Of a DNA stretch of 64,000 bases, positions 19,421-28,646 are shown one piece after another; the stretch's first letter is position 1; each line of letters begins with the position of its first letter. This DNA is from Thermoanaerobaculia bacterium. GTDB lineage: Bacteria; Acidobacteriota; Thermoanaerobaculia; UBA5066. Made by a program: the position numbers and the translations under genes. The stretch lies in contig CAWFJJ010000001.1 in the NCBI GenBank assembly GCA_963816185.1, forward strand, positions 384,001 through 448,000, written 5' to 3'. The notes below the pieces were generated by a model. It was not told the DNA's origin. It made no database searches and saw only the letters and a list, made by a program, of their open reading frames with translations.

Positions 19421-20664
19421 GCGGTCGACGCTCCAGGGAAGGCCAGTTGGAGAGCGGCCTCGGCGGCGGTCCGCGCGGCCCCTGCGTGGCCCGCGAAGAG
19501 GTCGCGCGCGATGGCGATCGCCCGCGAGCGTACGGCCGTGTCGCTGAGGAGAGGCCGAAGCGCCTCGGCCGCCGAACGCGCATCGGCCGCGGCGAAAACG
19601 GCGCCCTCGGCCGCGTCGAGCGCGGAGCGGATGTTTCCCGTCGACGGCCCGTGGACGACCGGCGCCCCCGCGCGGAGCGGCTCGAGGACGTTGTGGCCTC
19701 CCTTGAGCGCGAACGACCCGCCGAGGAGCGCCGCCTCGCCCAGGGCATAAGTCCCCGCGAGCTCGCCGACCGAGTCGAGAAGAAAGACGTCGGCGCGCTC
19801 TCCCTCCGGCGTTTCGGGGCGCGAACGTCGGACGACGGCAAGCCCGTCCGCCCCGGCGCGGCGCGCCGCGGCGTCGAAGGCTTCCGGCTGGCGGGGCGCG
19901 AGGACGAGAAACACGCCGGGCGCGCTCGTCTCGAGCCTGCGTCGCACATCGAGAACGAGCGGAATCTCGCTCTCGGCGATCGAGCCGGCGACGAGGATCG
20001 GACGACCGTCCGCAAGGCGGCGCAAGCGCTCGGCGAACGGCGGCTCGGGCGCGCGGGCGCGGTCGAACTTCAGGTCTCCGCCGACGGCGATGCGCGTAGA
20101 AGGCACGCCGATCTCCTCGAAACGAGAAGCGTCCTCTCTCGTGCGCGCCAGGACGAGCGTGAGCGCGTCCCAGGAACCGCCGAAGAGGCGCGCGATTCGC
20201 CGATAGCGCCGCGCGGATCGCTCGGACAACCGCGCATTCACGACGAGTACCGGGGTGCCGCGGCGCCGCGCCTCACTGAGCACCGCGGGCCAGAGCTCAG
20301 TCTCGACGAGGACCAGGAGACGCGGCTGCGTGGCATCGAAAAATCGGCGGACGGAGGACGGCACGTCGAGAGGGAACGGCCGCCAGGCGCCGCACCACCG
20401 GCGCGAGAGGAGACCCACACCAGCGGGCGTCGTGGACGTGAGCAGGAGCGGCAGACCCGGGTTGAGAGAAGTCAGCAGCTCTGCGAGGGTGATGGCGACC
20501 TCCACCTCTCCCAAGGAGACGCCTTGAATCCAGATCCCGCCGCTCTTTCCAGGTCCCCTGACAGAAGGGAAAAGCCTCGAGAAGATGAGCGGGAAGAGCG
20601 GGGCCTCGGAGGGCAGGGCCGACATCAAATCAAGTCCTGACAAGAATTTATAGCCCCACTCCAC
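19417..20664 (-). CDS. waaA: Kdo transferase
   Basis: WIQGVSLGEV, ETELWP, NARLSERS, GDLKFD, GGHNVLEP; N-terminus atypical, so the start is uncertain. Confidence 0.88.
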   Translation of the reverse strand: MEWGYKFLSGLDLMSALPSEAPLFPLIFSRLFPSVRGPGKSGGIWIQGVSLGEVEVAITLAELLTSLNPGLPLLLTSTTPAGVGLLSRRWCGAWRPFPLDVPSSVRRFFDATQPRLLVLVETELWPAVLSEARRRGTPVLVVNARLSERSARRYRRIARLFGGSWDALTLVLARTREDASRFEEIGVPSTRIAVGGDLKFDRARAPEPPFAERLRRLADGRPILVAGSIAESEIPLVLDVRRRLETSAPGVFLVLAPRQPEAFDAAARRAGADGLAVVRRSRPETPEGERADVFLLDSVGELAGTYALGEAALLGGSFALKGGHNVLEPLRAGAPVVHGPSTGNIRSALDAAEGAVFAAADARSAAEALRPLLSDTAVRSRAIAIARDLFAGHAGAARTAAEAALQLAFPGASTA

Positions 20665-20752
20665 TCGTATCGAGCATTATACTTCGAAGGTCGAGGGGTC
20701 CTTCCGACTGGTAGACGACGACGAGTCCGCAAACGTAAAAGACGCCGAAGCG

Positions 20753-21421
20753 ATGCGTCTCGTCTCGTCTGCTGCCCGTCCGGATAGTTCCGACCCGCAG
20801 GCCGAAGAGTGCGGCCCGCGGATGGTTTCGCTCGGGCCTCCCGGAGCTCCCGCTGAAGAGCGCGCGCTCGCGCGCCGCGCCGCGCGAGGCGACGCCGAGG
20901 CTTTTGCCGAGCTCGTCGCCCGCCGGACGCCAGGCGTCCTGTCGTTTCTCAGGCGGCTTCTGGGAGATGCCGAGGACGCGCGCGACGTCGCCCAGCTCAC
21001 GTTCGTCAGGGTTTGGGAGAACCTCGAGCGGTACGACCCGGCCTACGCGTTCTCGACGTGGCTCTTCCGCATCGCCGGCAATCTCGCGATCGACGCGCTG
21101 CGCGCCCGAGGGACGCGGCAGCGCACGGAAGCCGAGACGTTTCGCCTCGTGAAAGGCGCGCGCACGAGCGCGGAGCCCGACGGCCCCGCTCTTCTCGCCG
21201 AGAGCGAGGTCCGCCGCGTGTTCGAAAGCTGTGCGAGCGCCTTGTCCGCCAAGCAGCGCCTCGTGTTCGTCCTGAGGGAGTTCGAAGACAAGGACAGCAG
21301 CGAGATCGCCGAGATCCTCGGCTGCCGCGAATCGACCGTCCGCAATCACCTCTTCCAGGCCCGGCGCCTCCTGCGCGTCGAGATCCGGAAGCGGTTCCCC
21401 GAGTTCGTGGCGGGGCGCTAG
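20753..21421 (+). CDS. ECF RNA polymerase sigma factor
   Basis: GDAEAFAEL, DARDVAQ.TF, FSTWLFRIA.N, EIAEILG..ESTVRNHLFQAR; alternative start at 20822. Confidence 0.92.
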   Translation: MRLVSSAARPDSSDPQAEECGPRMVSLGPPGAPAEERALARRAARGDAEAFAELVARRTPGVLSFLRRLLGDAEDARDVAQLTFVRVWENLERYDPAYAFSTWLFRIAGNLAIDALRARGTRQRTEAETFRLVKGARTSAEPDGPALLAESEVRRVFESCASALSAKQRLVFVLREFEDKDSSEIAEILGCRESTVRNHLFQARRLLRVEIRKRFPEFVAGR

Positions 21422-21422
21422 G

Positions 21423-22028
21423 ATGAAAACCCCCTGCGCGTCGGCTGCCCGCGTTCTCGCCGCCGTCCGTCTGTCCCTTTCAGAAGAAATCTCTTTCTCT
21501 TCGTCTTCTTCTCTTCCCTCTCTTTCTCCCGAGCTGAAGGCACACCTCGTGTCCTGTGCTTCCTGCGCGGCCGAGGCGCGTGCGCTCGACCCGACGCTTC
21601 TCTTCGTGCCGCTCGGCACATCCTTCGCGGCCGCACCGGCGGCGGAAGACGTGCGTCGCGTGACGGACGACGTCCTCGCCGAAGTACGGCTGCGTTCCCG
21701 CGTCGCCTCTCCTCCGGCAGCGCGCCCCTTTCTCTCGCGCCGCTTTCTACAGGCGGCCGCGCTCGTGGCTCTCGCCGCGGGAGTCTTCGGCGTCGAGGGA
21801 ATCCGCCTCGCCCAAAAGGAGCACGTGGCGGATCTCGCGCCCACGCCGGATGAGAGACGCGACAAAGCGGACACGCCGGATACGCGCGAAGCCTCCGACG
21901 TGCGCCCCCCCGCCCGGCCCCTGATCCAGGATCTGAAGAACCCCGGCGCGCGCGTCTACGAGTTCGCCGCCTCCTCCCCGGGGGAGCCGAACGTCGTCTT
22001 CATCGCGGACCCGCACGCGGATCTCTGA
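21423..22028 (+). CDS. Zinc-binding (ZAS) membrane anti-sigma factor
   Basis: HLVSCASC (HxxxCxxC), single TM segment, directly after the ECF sigma; Ser-rich insertion before the His. Confidence 0.75.
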   Translation: MKTPCASAARVLAAVRLSLSEEISFSSSSSLPSLSPELKAHLVSCASCAAEARALDPTLLFVPLGTSFAAAPAAEDVRRVTDDVLAEVRLRSRVASPPAARPFLSRRFLQAAALVALAAGVFGVEGIRLAQKEHVADLAPTPDERRDKADTPDTREASDVRPPARPLIQDLKNPGARVYEFAASSPGEPNVVFIADPHADL

Positions 22029-22031
22029 GCC

Positions 22032-22778
22032 ATGAGGTTTCGCGCCGCCCGGATCGTCGTCCGGGTCCTCGTCCTGGCTTTCTTGACGCTGCCCGCCGCT
22101 TTGGGAACGCGCGCTCTCGGCGCCCCGCAGGCGCAGACGGTCGTCAAGGTCTTCACGCTGAAGCACCGCAAGGTCGAGGACGCGCTGGCGGTCCTGCGGC
22201 CGCTCCTTTCGGACTCGAACGCCGTGTCCGTCATCCTCGAATCGAACGTGAACACCCTCACCGTTCGGGGGACACCGACGCGCGTCGAGCAGATCACCCG
22301 GGCCGTCGCGGCGTTCGACGTCCCGTTCCGCGCCATCGACATCGCCGTCACGCTTCTGAAGTCCGAGAAGGGGCGGGCCGCCGAGAAGACGAACGTCTCG
22401 GAGGAGATCCGCGGCATCGGCGAGAAGCTCAAGAAGCTCTTCAACGTGACCGATTTCACCCGGCTCGACTCCGTCGTCGTCCAGGGCGTCGAAGGACAGC
22501 GCGTGGCGTACGCCATGGGTGGCGGCTATCGCCTCGCGTTCCTCCTCGAGCCGTCGCGCGACGGCACCCAGGTCCAGCTCCGGGATCTTTCCCTCGAGCG
22601 CGTGCGGCACGAGGCCGGTAAGGAGGTCCGCGGCGAGATCCTCCGGACGTCCATCAACGTCAATCTCGGCCAACCCTACATCCTCGGCGTCGGCCGCGAC
22701 GAGTCCGCTGCGGACAAGCTCTTCGTCGTCATCTTCGCGAACTGGCGCCGGCCCGGGCCGGGAATCTTCCTGAACTGA
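22032..22778 (+). CDS. Exported protein with a secretin N (NolW-like) domain
   Basis: Signal peptide; VFTLKHRK.EDALAVLRPLLS...NTLTVRG.P..VEQI..AVAAFDVP resembles a secretin N-domain; too short for a full secretin. Confidence 0.6.
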   Translation: MRFRAARIVVRVLVLAFLTLPAALGTRALGAPQAQTVVKVFTLKHRKVEDALAVLRPLLSDSNAVSVILESNVNTLTVRGTPTRVEQITRAVAAFDVPFRAIDIAVTLLKSEKGRAAEKTNVSEEIRGIGEKLKKLFNVTDFTRLDSVVVQGVEGQRVAYAMGGGYRLAFLLEPSRDGTQVQLRDLSLERVRHEAGKEVRGEILRTSINVNLGQPYILGVGRDESAADKLFVVIFANWRRPGPGIFLN

Positions 22779-24037
22779 TGCCAACGTACGTCTGCCGGGT
22801 CGGAATGGGGGATGGTGCGATCGTCACGCGCGAGATCGACGCGCCCGACGAGAGCGCGCTGAAGGCCGAGGTTGCGCGTCTCGGCGCGAGGCTCTTCTCC
22901 GTGACGGTCGGCGGCGGCGAGACTACCTCAGGCGCGGTCGGCGGCACGCGCTCTTTGGCTGGATTCCTATCGGGTTTCCTTTCGCGCCGCGGCCGCCCGG
23001 TGAAAGCGGCAGAGTTCCTGGTCTTCAACCAGGAGCTCGTCGCGCTCCTGAAGGCCGGACTCCCGATCGTGAACGGCTTCGACATTCTCCTCGAACGCCA
23101 GGAGAATCCGCGTTTCAAGGCGATCCTGAAGGATGTCCGCGACCAGCTCGTCTCGGGGGTCGCGCTTTCGGATGCATTCCTCTCGCACGGCGACGTGTTT
23201 CCGAGGCTCTACGCGACTTCCCTCAAGGCCGGCGAGCGCTCGGGCGAGATCGAAAAAGTGCTCCGCCGCTATCTCGCGTACCAGAAGATCCTCGGCGGGA
23301 TCCGGCGCAAGGTGACGGGAGCTCTCGTCTATCCGGCGGTCCTCATCGCCCTTTCCATCGGGCTCGTCACCATTCTCATGACGTACGTCATCCCGAAGTT
23401 CCGGGAGTTCTTCGCGGGCTTCGAGGCGGGCCGGCTGCCTCTCATCACGCGGGCGGTCGTCGGGACGGCCGACTTCCTGCACGCGCACGTCCTCGTCATG
23501 GCGGCGGCGCTCGCCGTGGCGAGCGTGATTCTCTCTCGTTGGAAGTCGAGCGCAGGGGGGAGCGTCGCCTGGGACGGGTTCCTCCTCAACCTTCCGCTCG
23601 TCGGGACGATCCTCCAGCAGTTCGCGCTCTCGCAATTCTCCCGCTCGCTCGCGACGCTCGTCGGGGCCGGGACGCCGCTCGTGCCCGCGCTCGACATCGC
23701 CTCGGGGGCGGTCGCGAACCGGCGCGTCTCGGGCGCCATCGCCGCCGTCGTTCCTCGCGTCCGCGAGGGCTCGGAGCTGTGGCGAAGCCTCGAGGAGACC
23801 GGCATTTTCACGTCGCTCGCGGTCGAGATGATCAAGGTCGGCGAGGCCACGGGCGCGCTCGAGGAGATGCTCACGAACGTATCGGATTTCTACGACGAGG
23901 CGATCGAAGCCCGGCTCCAGCGCATCGTGACCCTCATCGAGCCGATCATCCTCGTCGTCATGGGAGGCGTCGTCGCGATGATCCTCCTGTCGATCTACCT
24001 GCCCATGTTCACGATCCTCTCCAACATCAAGGCCTGA
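22778..24037 (+). CDS. gspF: Type II secretion system F family platform protein
   Basis: FNQELVALLKAGLPI, AGERSG, GEATGALEEML, IYLPMF. Confidence 0.88.
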   Translation: MPTYVCRVGMGDGAIVTREIDAPDESALKAEVARLGARLFSVTVGGGETTSGAVGGTRSLAGFLSGFLSRRGRPVKAAEFLVFNQELVALLKAGLPIVNGFDILLERQENPRFKAILKDVRDQLVSGVALSDAFLSHGDVFPRLYATSLKAGERSGEIEKVLRRYLAYQKILGGIRRKVTGALVYPAVLIALSIGLVTILMTYVIPKFREFFAGFEAGRLPLITRAVVGTADFLHAHVLVMAAALAVASVILSRWKSSAGGSVAWDGFLLNLPLVGTILQQFALSQFSRSLATLVGAGTPLVPALDIASGAVANRRVSGAIAAVVPRVREGSELWRSLEETGIFTSLAVEMIKVGEATGALEEMLTNVSDFYDEAIEARLQRIVTLIEPIILVVMGGVVAMILLSIYLPMFTILSNIKA

Positions 24038-24060
24038 CGGGCCGTAAAAGCGGATACCCG

Positions 24061-25695
24061 ATGAGCACGACCAGAGCCCCCTCTCCCGAAGCCGCGATGC
24101 CGCGGTTTCTCGATGCCGCCTCCGAGGAGACGCGCGCCCGCCAGCTCGCGGACCGCCTCGGACTTCCGTACGTCGATCTCTGGACGTTCCGGATCGACGG
24201 CGAGCTCTTCCGGTCGATCCCGCTCGAGTGGATGCTGCGCTTCGAGTTCGTGCCCGAGAAGGCGGAGAACGGCTCCCTTGCGGTGGTCATGGCGGATCCG
24301 GCCGACGTCGTGAAGCGCGACGAGCTCGAGGGGCTCCTCAAGAAGCGGCTCAGGGTCAGGGTCGGGTCGCGGGCCGCCCTGCAGGACATTCTCCAGAAGT
24401 CCGACTCCACGCAGCGCGTGCTCGAGGAGGCGACCGAAGAGTTCCGGATGCAGGTCGTGAGGGAGGACGAGGAGGGCCAGGAGGTCCTCTCGATCGACCG
24501 CATCACGGCCGATGCGAGCCCGATCATCAAGCTCGTCGATTCCGTGCTCTTCAATGCGATCCAGCGCCGCGCTTCGGACATCCACATCGAAACGCAAGAG
24601 CACGTCGTCGTCATCAAGTACCGCATCGACGGCGTGCTCTACCCGGCGATGGAGCCCATCGACAAGAAGCACCACCAGACGATCATCAGCCGCATCAAGG
24701 TCATGTCGGAGCTCGACATCGCCGAGAAGCGCATCCCGCAGGACGGCCGCTTCAAGGTACGCGTCAAGGGCCGCACGATCGACTTCCGCGTCTCGATCAT
24801 GCCGACGGTCCATGGCGAGGACGCGGTCATCCGCATCCTCGACAAGGAGTCCGCGAACGCCGAGTTCAAGAACCTGCGCCTCGACGTCCTCGGGATGGAT
24901 TCCGAGACGATGCGCCGGCTCAGGAAGTTCATCCGCGAGCCGTACGGCATGGTGCTCGTCACCGGGCCGACGGGCTCGGGCAAGACGACGACGCTCTACG
25001 CGTGCCTCTCGGAGATCCAGTCCGTCGAGGACAAGATCATCACGATCGAGGACCCGGTCGAGTACCAGCTCCGCGGCGTGACGCAGATCCCGGTGAACGA
25101 GAAGAAAGGCCTCACGTTCGCCCGCGGTCTGCGCTCCATCCTCCGGCACGACCCCGACAAGGTCATGGTCGGCGAGATCCGCGACGAGGAGACGGCGCAG
25201 ATCGCCGTGCAGGCCGCGCTCACCGGGCACCTCGTCTTCACGACCGTCCACGCGAACAACGTCGTGGACGTCCTCGGCCGCTTTCTCAACATGAAGGTCG
25301 AGCTCTACAACTTCGTTTCGGCCCTCAACTGCATCCTCGCGCAGCGGCTCGTGCGAAAGATCTGCCCGCACTGCCGTTCCGTGTCGACGCCGACCGCGCA
25401 GCTTCTGGAGGAGTCCGCGATCGCGCCCGAGCAGATGGCGGGTGTGACCCTCTACGAAGGCCGCGGGTGCATCGAGTGCAACGGCACTGGTTTTTACGGC
25501 CGGATGGCGATCACCGAGCTCCTCGACCTCTCGGACCGCATTCGGAGCCTCATCCTCGACAAGCGCCCCGCCGCGGAGATCAAGAAGGCAGCGCAGGCAG
25601 AGGGGATGAGCTTCCTGCGCGAGTCGGCGATCAAGAAGGTCCTGGCGGGCCAGACGACGCTTCGGGAGATCAACAAGGTGACCTTCGTTGAGTGA
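24061..25695 (+). CDS. gspE: GspE/PulE family secretion ATPase
   Basis: ASDIHIE, RIPQDGRF, GPTGSGKTTT, LRHDPDKVMVGEIRD, CPHC/CIEC; ATG at 24061 lies in the 23539 ORF frame. Confidence 0.9.
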   Translation: MSTTRAPSPEAAMPRFLDAASEETRARQLADRLGLPYVDLWTFRIDGELFRSIPLEWMLRFEFVPEKAENGSLAVVMADPADVVKRDELEGLLKKRLRVRVGSRAALQDILQKSDSTQRVLEEATEEFRMQVVREDEEGQEVLSIDRITADASPIIKLVDSVLFNAIQRRASDIHIETQEHVVVIKYRIDGVLYPAMEPIDKKHHQTIISRIKVMSELDIAEKRIPQDGRFKVRVKGRTIDFRVSIMPTVHGEDAVIRILDKESANAEFKNLRLDVLGMDSETMRRLRKFIREPYGMVLVTGPTGSGKTTTLYACLSEIQSVEDKIITIEDPVEYQLRGVTQIPVNEKKGLTFARGLRSILRHDPDKVMVGEIRDEETAQIAVQAALTGHLVFTTVHANNVVDVLGRFLNMKVELYNFVSALNCILAQRLVRKICPHCRSVSTPTAQLLEESAIAPEQMAGVTLYEGRGCIECNGTGFYGRMAITELLDLSDRIRSLILDKRPAAEIKKAAQAEGMSFLRESAIKKVLAGQTTLREINKVTFVE

Positions 25696-26659
25696 TGGCC
25701 TCAGGAACCCGTTCTCGTCCGCATTCTGGCGGTCGCGGCGACCCCCGCACGCGTTCGTCCTGACGCGCGATCGGCTCGTGTACGTCGGGCCCGCGAATGG
25801 GGCGCGGCGTCCGGCGCTTGCCGCCGCGCCCGCGTTTCGCGTCCTGTCCCGCCCGCTGCCTCCCGACGCTCTCACGCCGGGGCCGGACGGATCACCCCTC
25901 GCGGGGGACGCGCTTTCCGGCGCGCTCCAGCGGCTGCTCGCCGAGGCCGGCACGAAGATTCCGGCCGCGTCGCTCGTGGTACCCGATGGCTGGGTGAAGC
26001 TCCTCGTCATCGACGCGGCGCAGCCCGAGAGGCACGCGCGCGAGGTCGACGACATGCTTCGCTGGAAGTTCGGACGCGCGTTCGGCGAGCCGGTGCCCGA
26101 GCTTCGTCTCCAGTGGCAGCCGGCGGGGGCGGGAGCCGAAGGCACGCGGATCCTTGCGCTCGCCGTGGCCGAACAGGCGGCTTCTTCCTGGGAAGGCCCG
26201 TTCGAGAAGGCGGGCATCCGCATCGGCGCCCTCGAGGCCGCCGCGTTCGCGATCTCCTCGCTGGGCGCCCGGGTCCTGGGCGACGGGTTCCTCGTTTGGA
26301 CCGACGACGAAACGGCCACGACGCTCGTCTACGCCGGGTCCCAGCTCCGTTTCGCGCGGACCCGGCCGTACACCGAGGCGAGCGAGGCGGTCCAGGACGT
26401 CCGCCTCGCGGTCACGTTCGGGACGCAGGACCGGCCGGCGGAGGCGCCGCCCGCGGACATCGCGGGCAGATGCGTGGCGGGCCCGCAGGGGTCCGGGGTT
26501 TTCGAGGCGCTGCGCACCTTCCGCGCGGAGGCGGGAGCTTCGGAGCCGGAGCTTCTCACGCTGTCTCGGCTCGCGCCGGGAGCGACGGTGACGCCGGCCG
26601 CGGCGGCGCAGGACCCCGCTGCTCTCGCCGCCCTCGGCGCTCTCGCGGGGGGCGACTGA
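25688..26659 (+). CDS. PilM/GspL-like cytoplasmic assembly protein
   Basis: Position after gspE; SLVVPD, LRWKF, FEKAGIRIG and LRFAR segments. Confidence 0.6.
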   Translation: MSDGLRNPFSSAFWRSRRPPHAFVLTRDRLVYVGPANGARRPALAAAPAFRVLSRPLPPDALTPGPDGSPLAGDALSGALQRLLAEAGTKIPAASLVVPDGWVKLLVIDAAQPERHAREVDDMLRWKFGRAFGEPVPELRLQWQPAGAGAEGTRILALAVAEQAASSWEGPFEKAGIRIGALEAAAFAISSLGARVLGDGFLVWTDDETATTLVYAGSQLRFARTRPYTEASEAVQDVRLAVTFGTQDRPAEAPPADIAGRCVAGPQGSGVFEALRTFRAEAGASEPELLTLSRLAPGATVTPAAAAQDPAALAALGALAGGD

Positions 26660-27291
26660 TGCCGGGGCGCTTCAATCTCGCGCGCCGGCCCTTCGTCGAC
26701 ACGCGTCCGGCGAACCTGACGGTGGGCCTTCTCGCAGTGGTCGTGGCCATCCTTTCGTTCGTCGCGGCGCGCACCGTGACCCGCTATTTCACCGACTCCA
26801 GCCGAACGCGTGCATCGATCGCGAGCCTCCAGGCCGAGATCACGAGCCTCGATGAGGCCCGACGGAAAGCCGAGGCGTCTCTGGCGCGGGTCGACGTCGC
26901 GTCGCTGACCGCCGACGTCGACGATGCGAACGAGATCGCTCTGAGGCGTGCCTTTTCGTGGACGCGATTCCTTTCGCGCCTCGAAAAGACCCTCCCGGCC
27001 GACCTGCGCATCGCATCGATCGGCCTCCAGAAGATAACGGGACCCACGCGATCTCCGGTCTCGGAGCGGCGCGCTCCGTCGGAGACGGTTCTCGTGGCGC
27101 TGACCCTCATCTCCCGCGACCCGAACGGCCTGCCGAAGACGATTCGCGCGTTCGACTCCTCGCCGTGGTTCGACAATCCGACGCCCGCGAGCGAGGACCG
27201 TGGGGAGAAGGGCCTGCCGGAGGGCCGCCGGCTCATCCTCACGGTCACGTACCATGACGTCGAGGGCCGTACGGAAGGGCGGCACCCGTGA
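26659..27291 (+). CDS. PilN-like protein
   Basis: FNLARRPF N-terminal motif, TM, coiled coil, FSWTRFLSRLEKTLP..LRIASI; TGATG coupling. Confidence 0.75.
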   Translation: MPGRFNLARRPFVDTRPANLTVGLLAVVVAILSFVAARTVTRYFTDSSRTRASIASLQAEITSLDEARRKAEASLARVDVASLTADVDDANEIALRRAFSWTRFLSRLEKTLPADLRIASIGLQKITGPTRSPVSERRAPSETVLVALTLISRDPNGLPKTIRAFDSSPWFDNPTPASEDRGEKGLPEGRRLILTVTYHDVEGRTEGRHP

Positions 27292-28031
27292 GCGCGCCGC
27301 CGCCGACCGCCGTCCGAAAGGCCGGCGAGCGGATCCGCCGCTTCCTGCCCCTCATGCACGCTGGTGGAATCCGCCGGTCGCCATGGCGCGCTCGGTTGCC
27401 GCTCTTCGCGGTGCTCGCCGTCCTCCTCGTCGCCGCCGCGTCCGTGCTGATCGGCTATCACGCGTTCTACGACGAGCGGTTCAGGGCTCTCGAGAGAACG
27501 CGCGCCGAGCTCGCGGCGAAGCGCGATGCGGCCGCCGCGGCGACGCGACGCGTCGTGAAGACCGAAGAGCGCCTGCGCAAGCTGCAAGGGGACCTCGAGG
27601 CGTTCAACCGCGACGTCCTCGGGGAGCGCAAAGAGCGCCTCGCCGCCGTCATAGAGGACGTCTACCACCTCACCGAAAGAGCCGGCACCGTGCCGGGACA
27701 GATCTCGTACTCCTTCGACGAGGTCGGCGCCGCCACGCGCCTCGCCCTCCGCTTCCACGTGCAGGGCCGTTACGCCGACGTCAAGAAGCTCCTCTTCTCG
27801 TTCGAGAACAACCCGCGCTTTCTTCTTCTCGAGACCGTGGCCCTCGCCACCGACGACACCCAGCCCGACGTGCTGCGGCTGAATCTCCAGGTCGCGCACT
27901 ATTTCCGGCCCGACGATTCCGCTGCGCCGCGCCGCGCCGCGCGCGCCCCTCGACGCGCAGGCCCGACGGGCGCGGTGCAGGCGGGTAGCCCGACCGCGGC
28001 CACCACGCCCACGGGCGGAGTTGCGGAATGA
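27288..28031 (+). CDS. PilO/GspM-like protein
   Basis: TM, coiled coil, then VQGRYADVKKLLFSFE. Confidence 0.7.
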   Translation: MSAPPPTAVRKAGERIRRFLPLMHAGGIRRSPWRARLPLFAVLAVLLVAAASVLIGYHAFYDERFRALERTRAELAAKRDAAAAATRRVVKTEERLRKLQGDLEAFNRDVLGERKERLAAVIEDVYHLTERAGTVPGQISYSFDEVGAATRLALRFHVQGRYADVKKLLFSFENNPRFLLLETVALATDDTQPDVLRLNLQVAHYFRPDDSAAPRRAARAPRRAGPTGAVQAGSPTAATTPTGGVAE

Positions 28032-28624
28032 GCGCGCCCAAGAAGACCCCGAAGTCGAGCCTCAAGCTGCTTCTCTTCGCGCTCGCGGGGACTCTGGGCC
28101 TCGGGGCGCTGTCCTATCTGCCGAAGGGATCCGAGACGCCCGCGACTCTCGCGGGAGCGCCCGCTTCCGGCCGCGCGCGGGCGGCGGGAAGCATCTCCGA
28201 CCCCGAGTCCGTGCCCGACCTGGCACGCGTCGCCGCCCGCGGCTCCGCCGAAGAGCGGGTCGGGCGGAACGTATTCCGGTTCTTCGAGTCGCCGACGCCG
28301 ACGCCCCGGCCGACGCCGATTCCGACGCCGACGCCGATCCTGCCGGGCAGCCCGCTCTATGTCGGCCCGATGCCGATCCAGCCGACACCCACTCCCACGC
28401 CCATCATTCCACCCGCCATTCCGTTCAAGGCCCTGGGCATTTTCGGGTCCCACGACGACCCGATCGTGTCGCTCGAACAGGGCGGCCGCATCATCAACGC
28501 CCGCGAGGGAGACACCGTAGACGGCCGTTTCATCATCCGGAAGATCAACCGCGAGTCCGTCGACTTCGCGTTCACCGGCCTCCCGCACGAGATCACAAGA
28601 CGTATTCCGGTCCCGCTTCCGTGA
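28028..28624 (+). CDS. Membrane-anchored Pro/Thr-rich protein (PilP/GspC-like position)
   Basis: TM, GRNVFRF, PTPTP linker, AREGDTVDGRFII beta domain. Confidence 0.6.
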   Translation: MSAPKKTPKSSLKLLLFALAGTLGLGALSYLPKGSETPATLAGAPASGRARAAGSISDPESVPDLARVAARGSAEERVGRNVFRFFESPTPTPRPTPIPTPTPILPGSPLYVGPMPIQPTPTPTPIIPPAIPFKALGIFGSHDDPIVSLEQGGRIINAREGDTVDGRFIIRKINRESVDFAFTGLPHEITRRIPVPLP

Positions 28625-28646
28625 GGCGGGGGATCGAGGTTTTCAC

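Noticed and set aside
28290-28405. Tandem CCGACG-type repeats (also 30540-30570 and 32432-32460)
   Set aside because: They encode PTPTP linkers in frame; there is no repeat-spacer periodicity, so not CRISPR.
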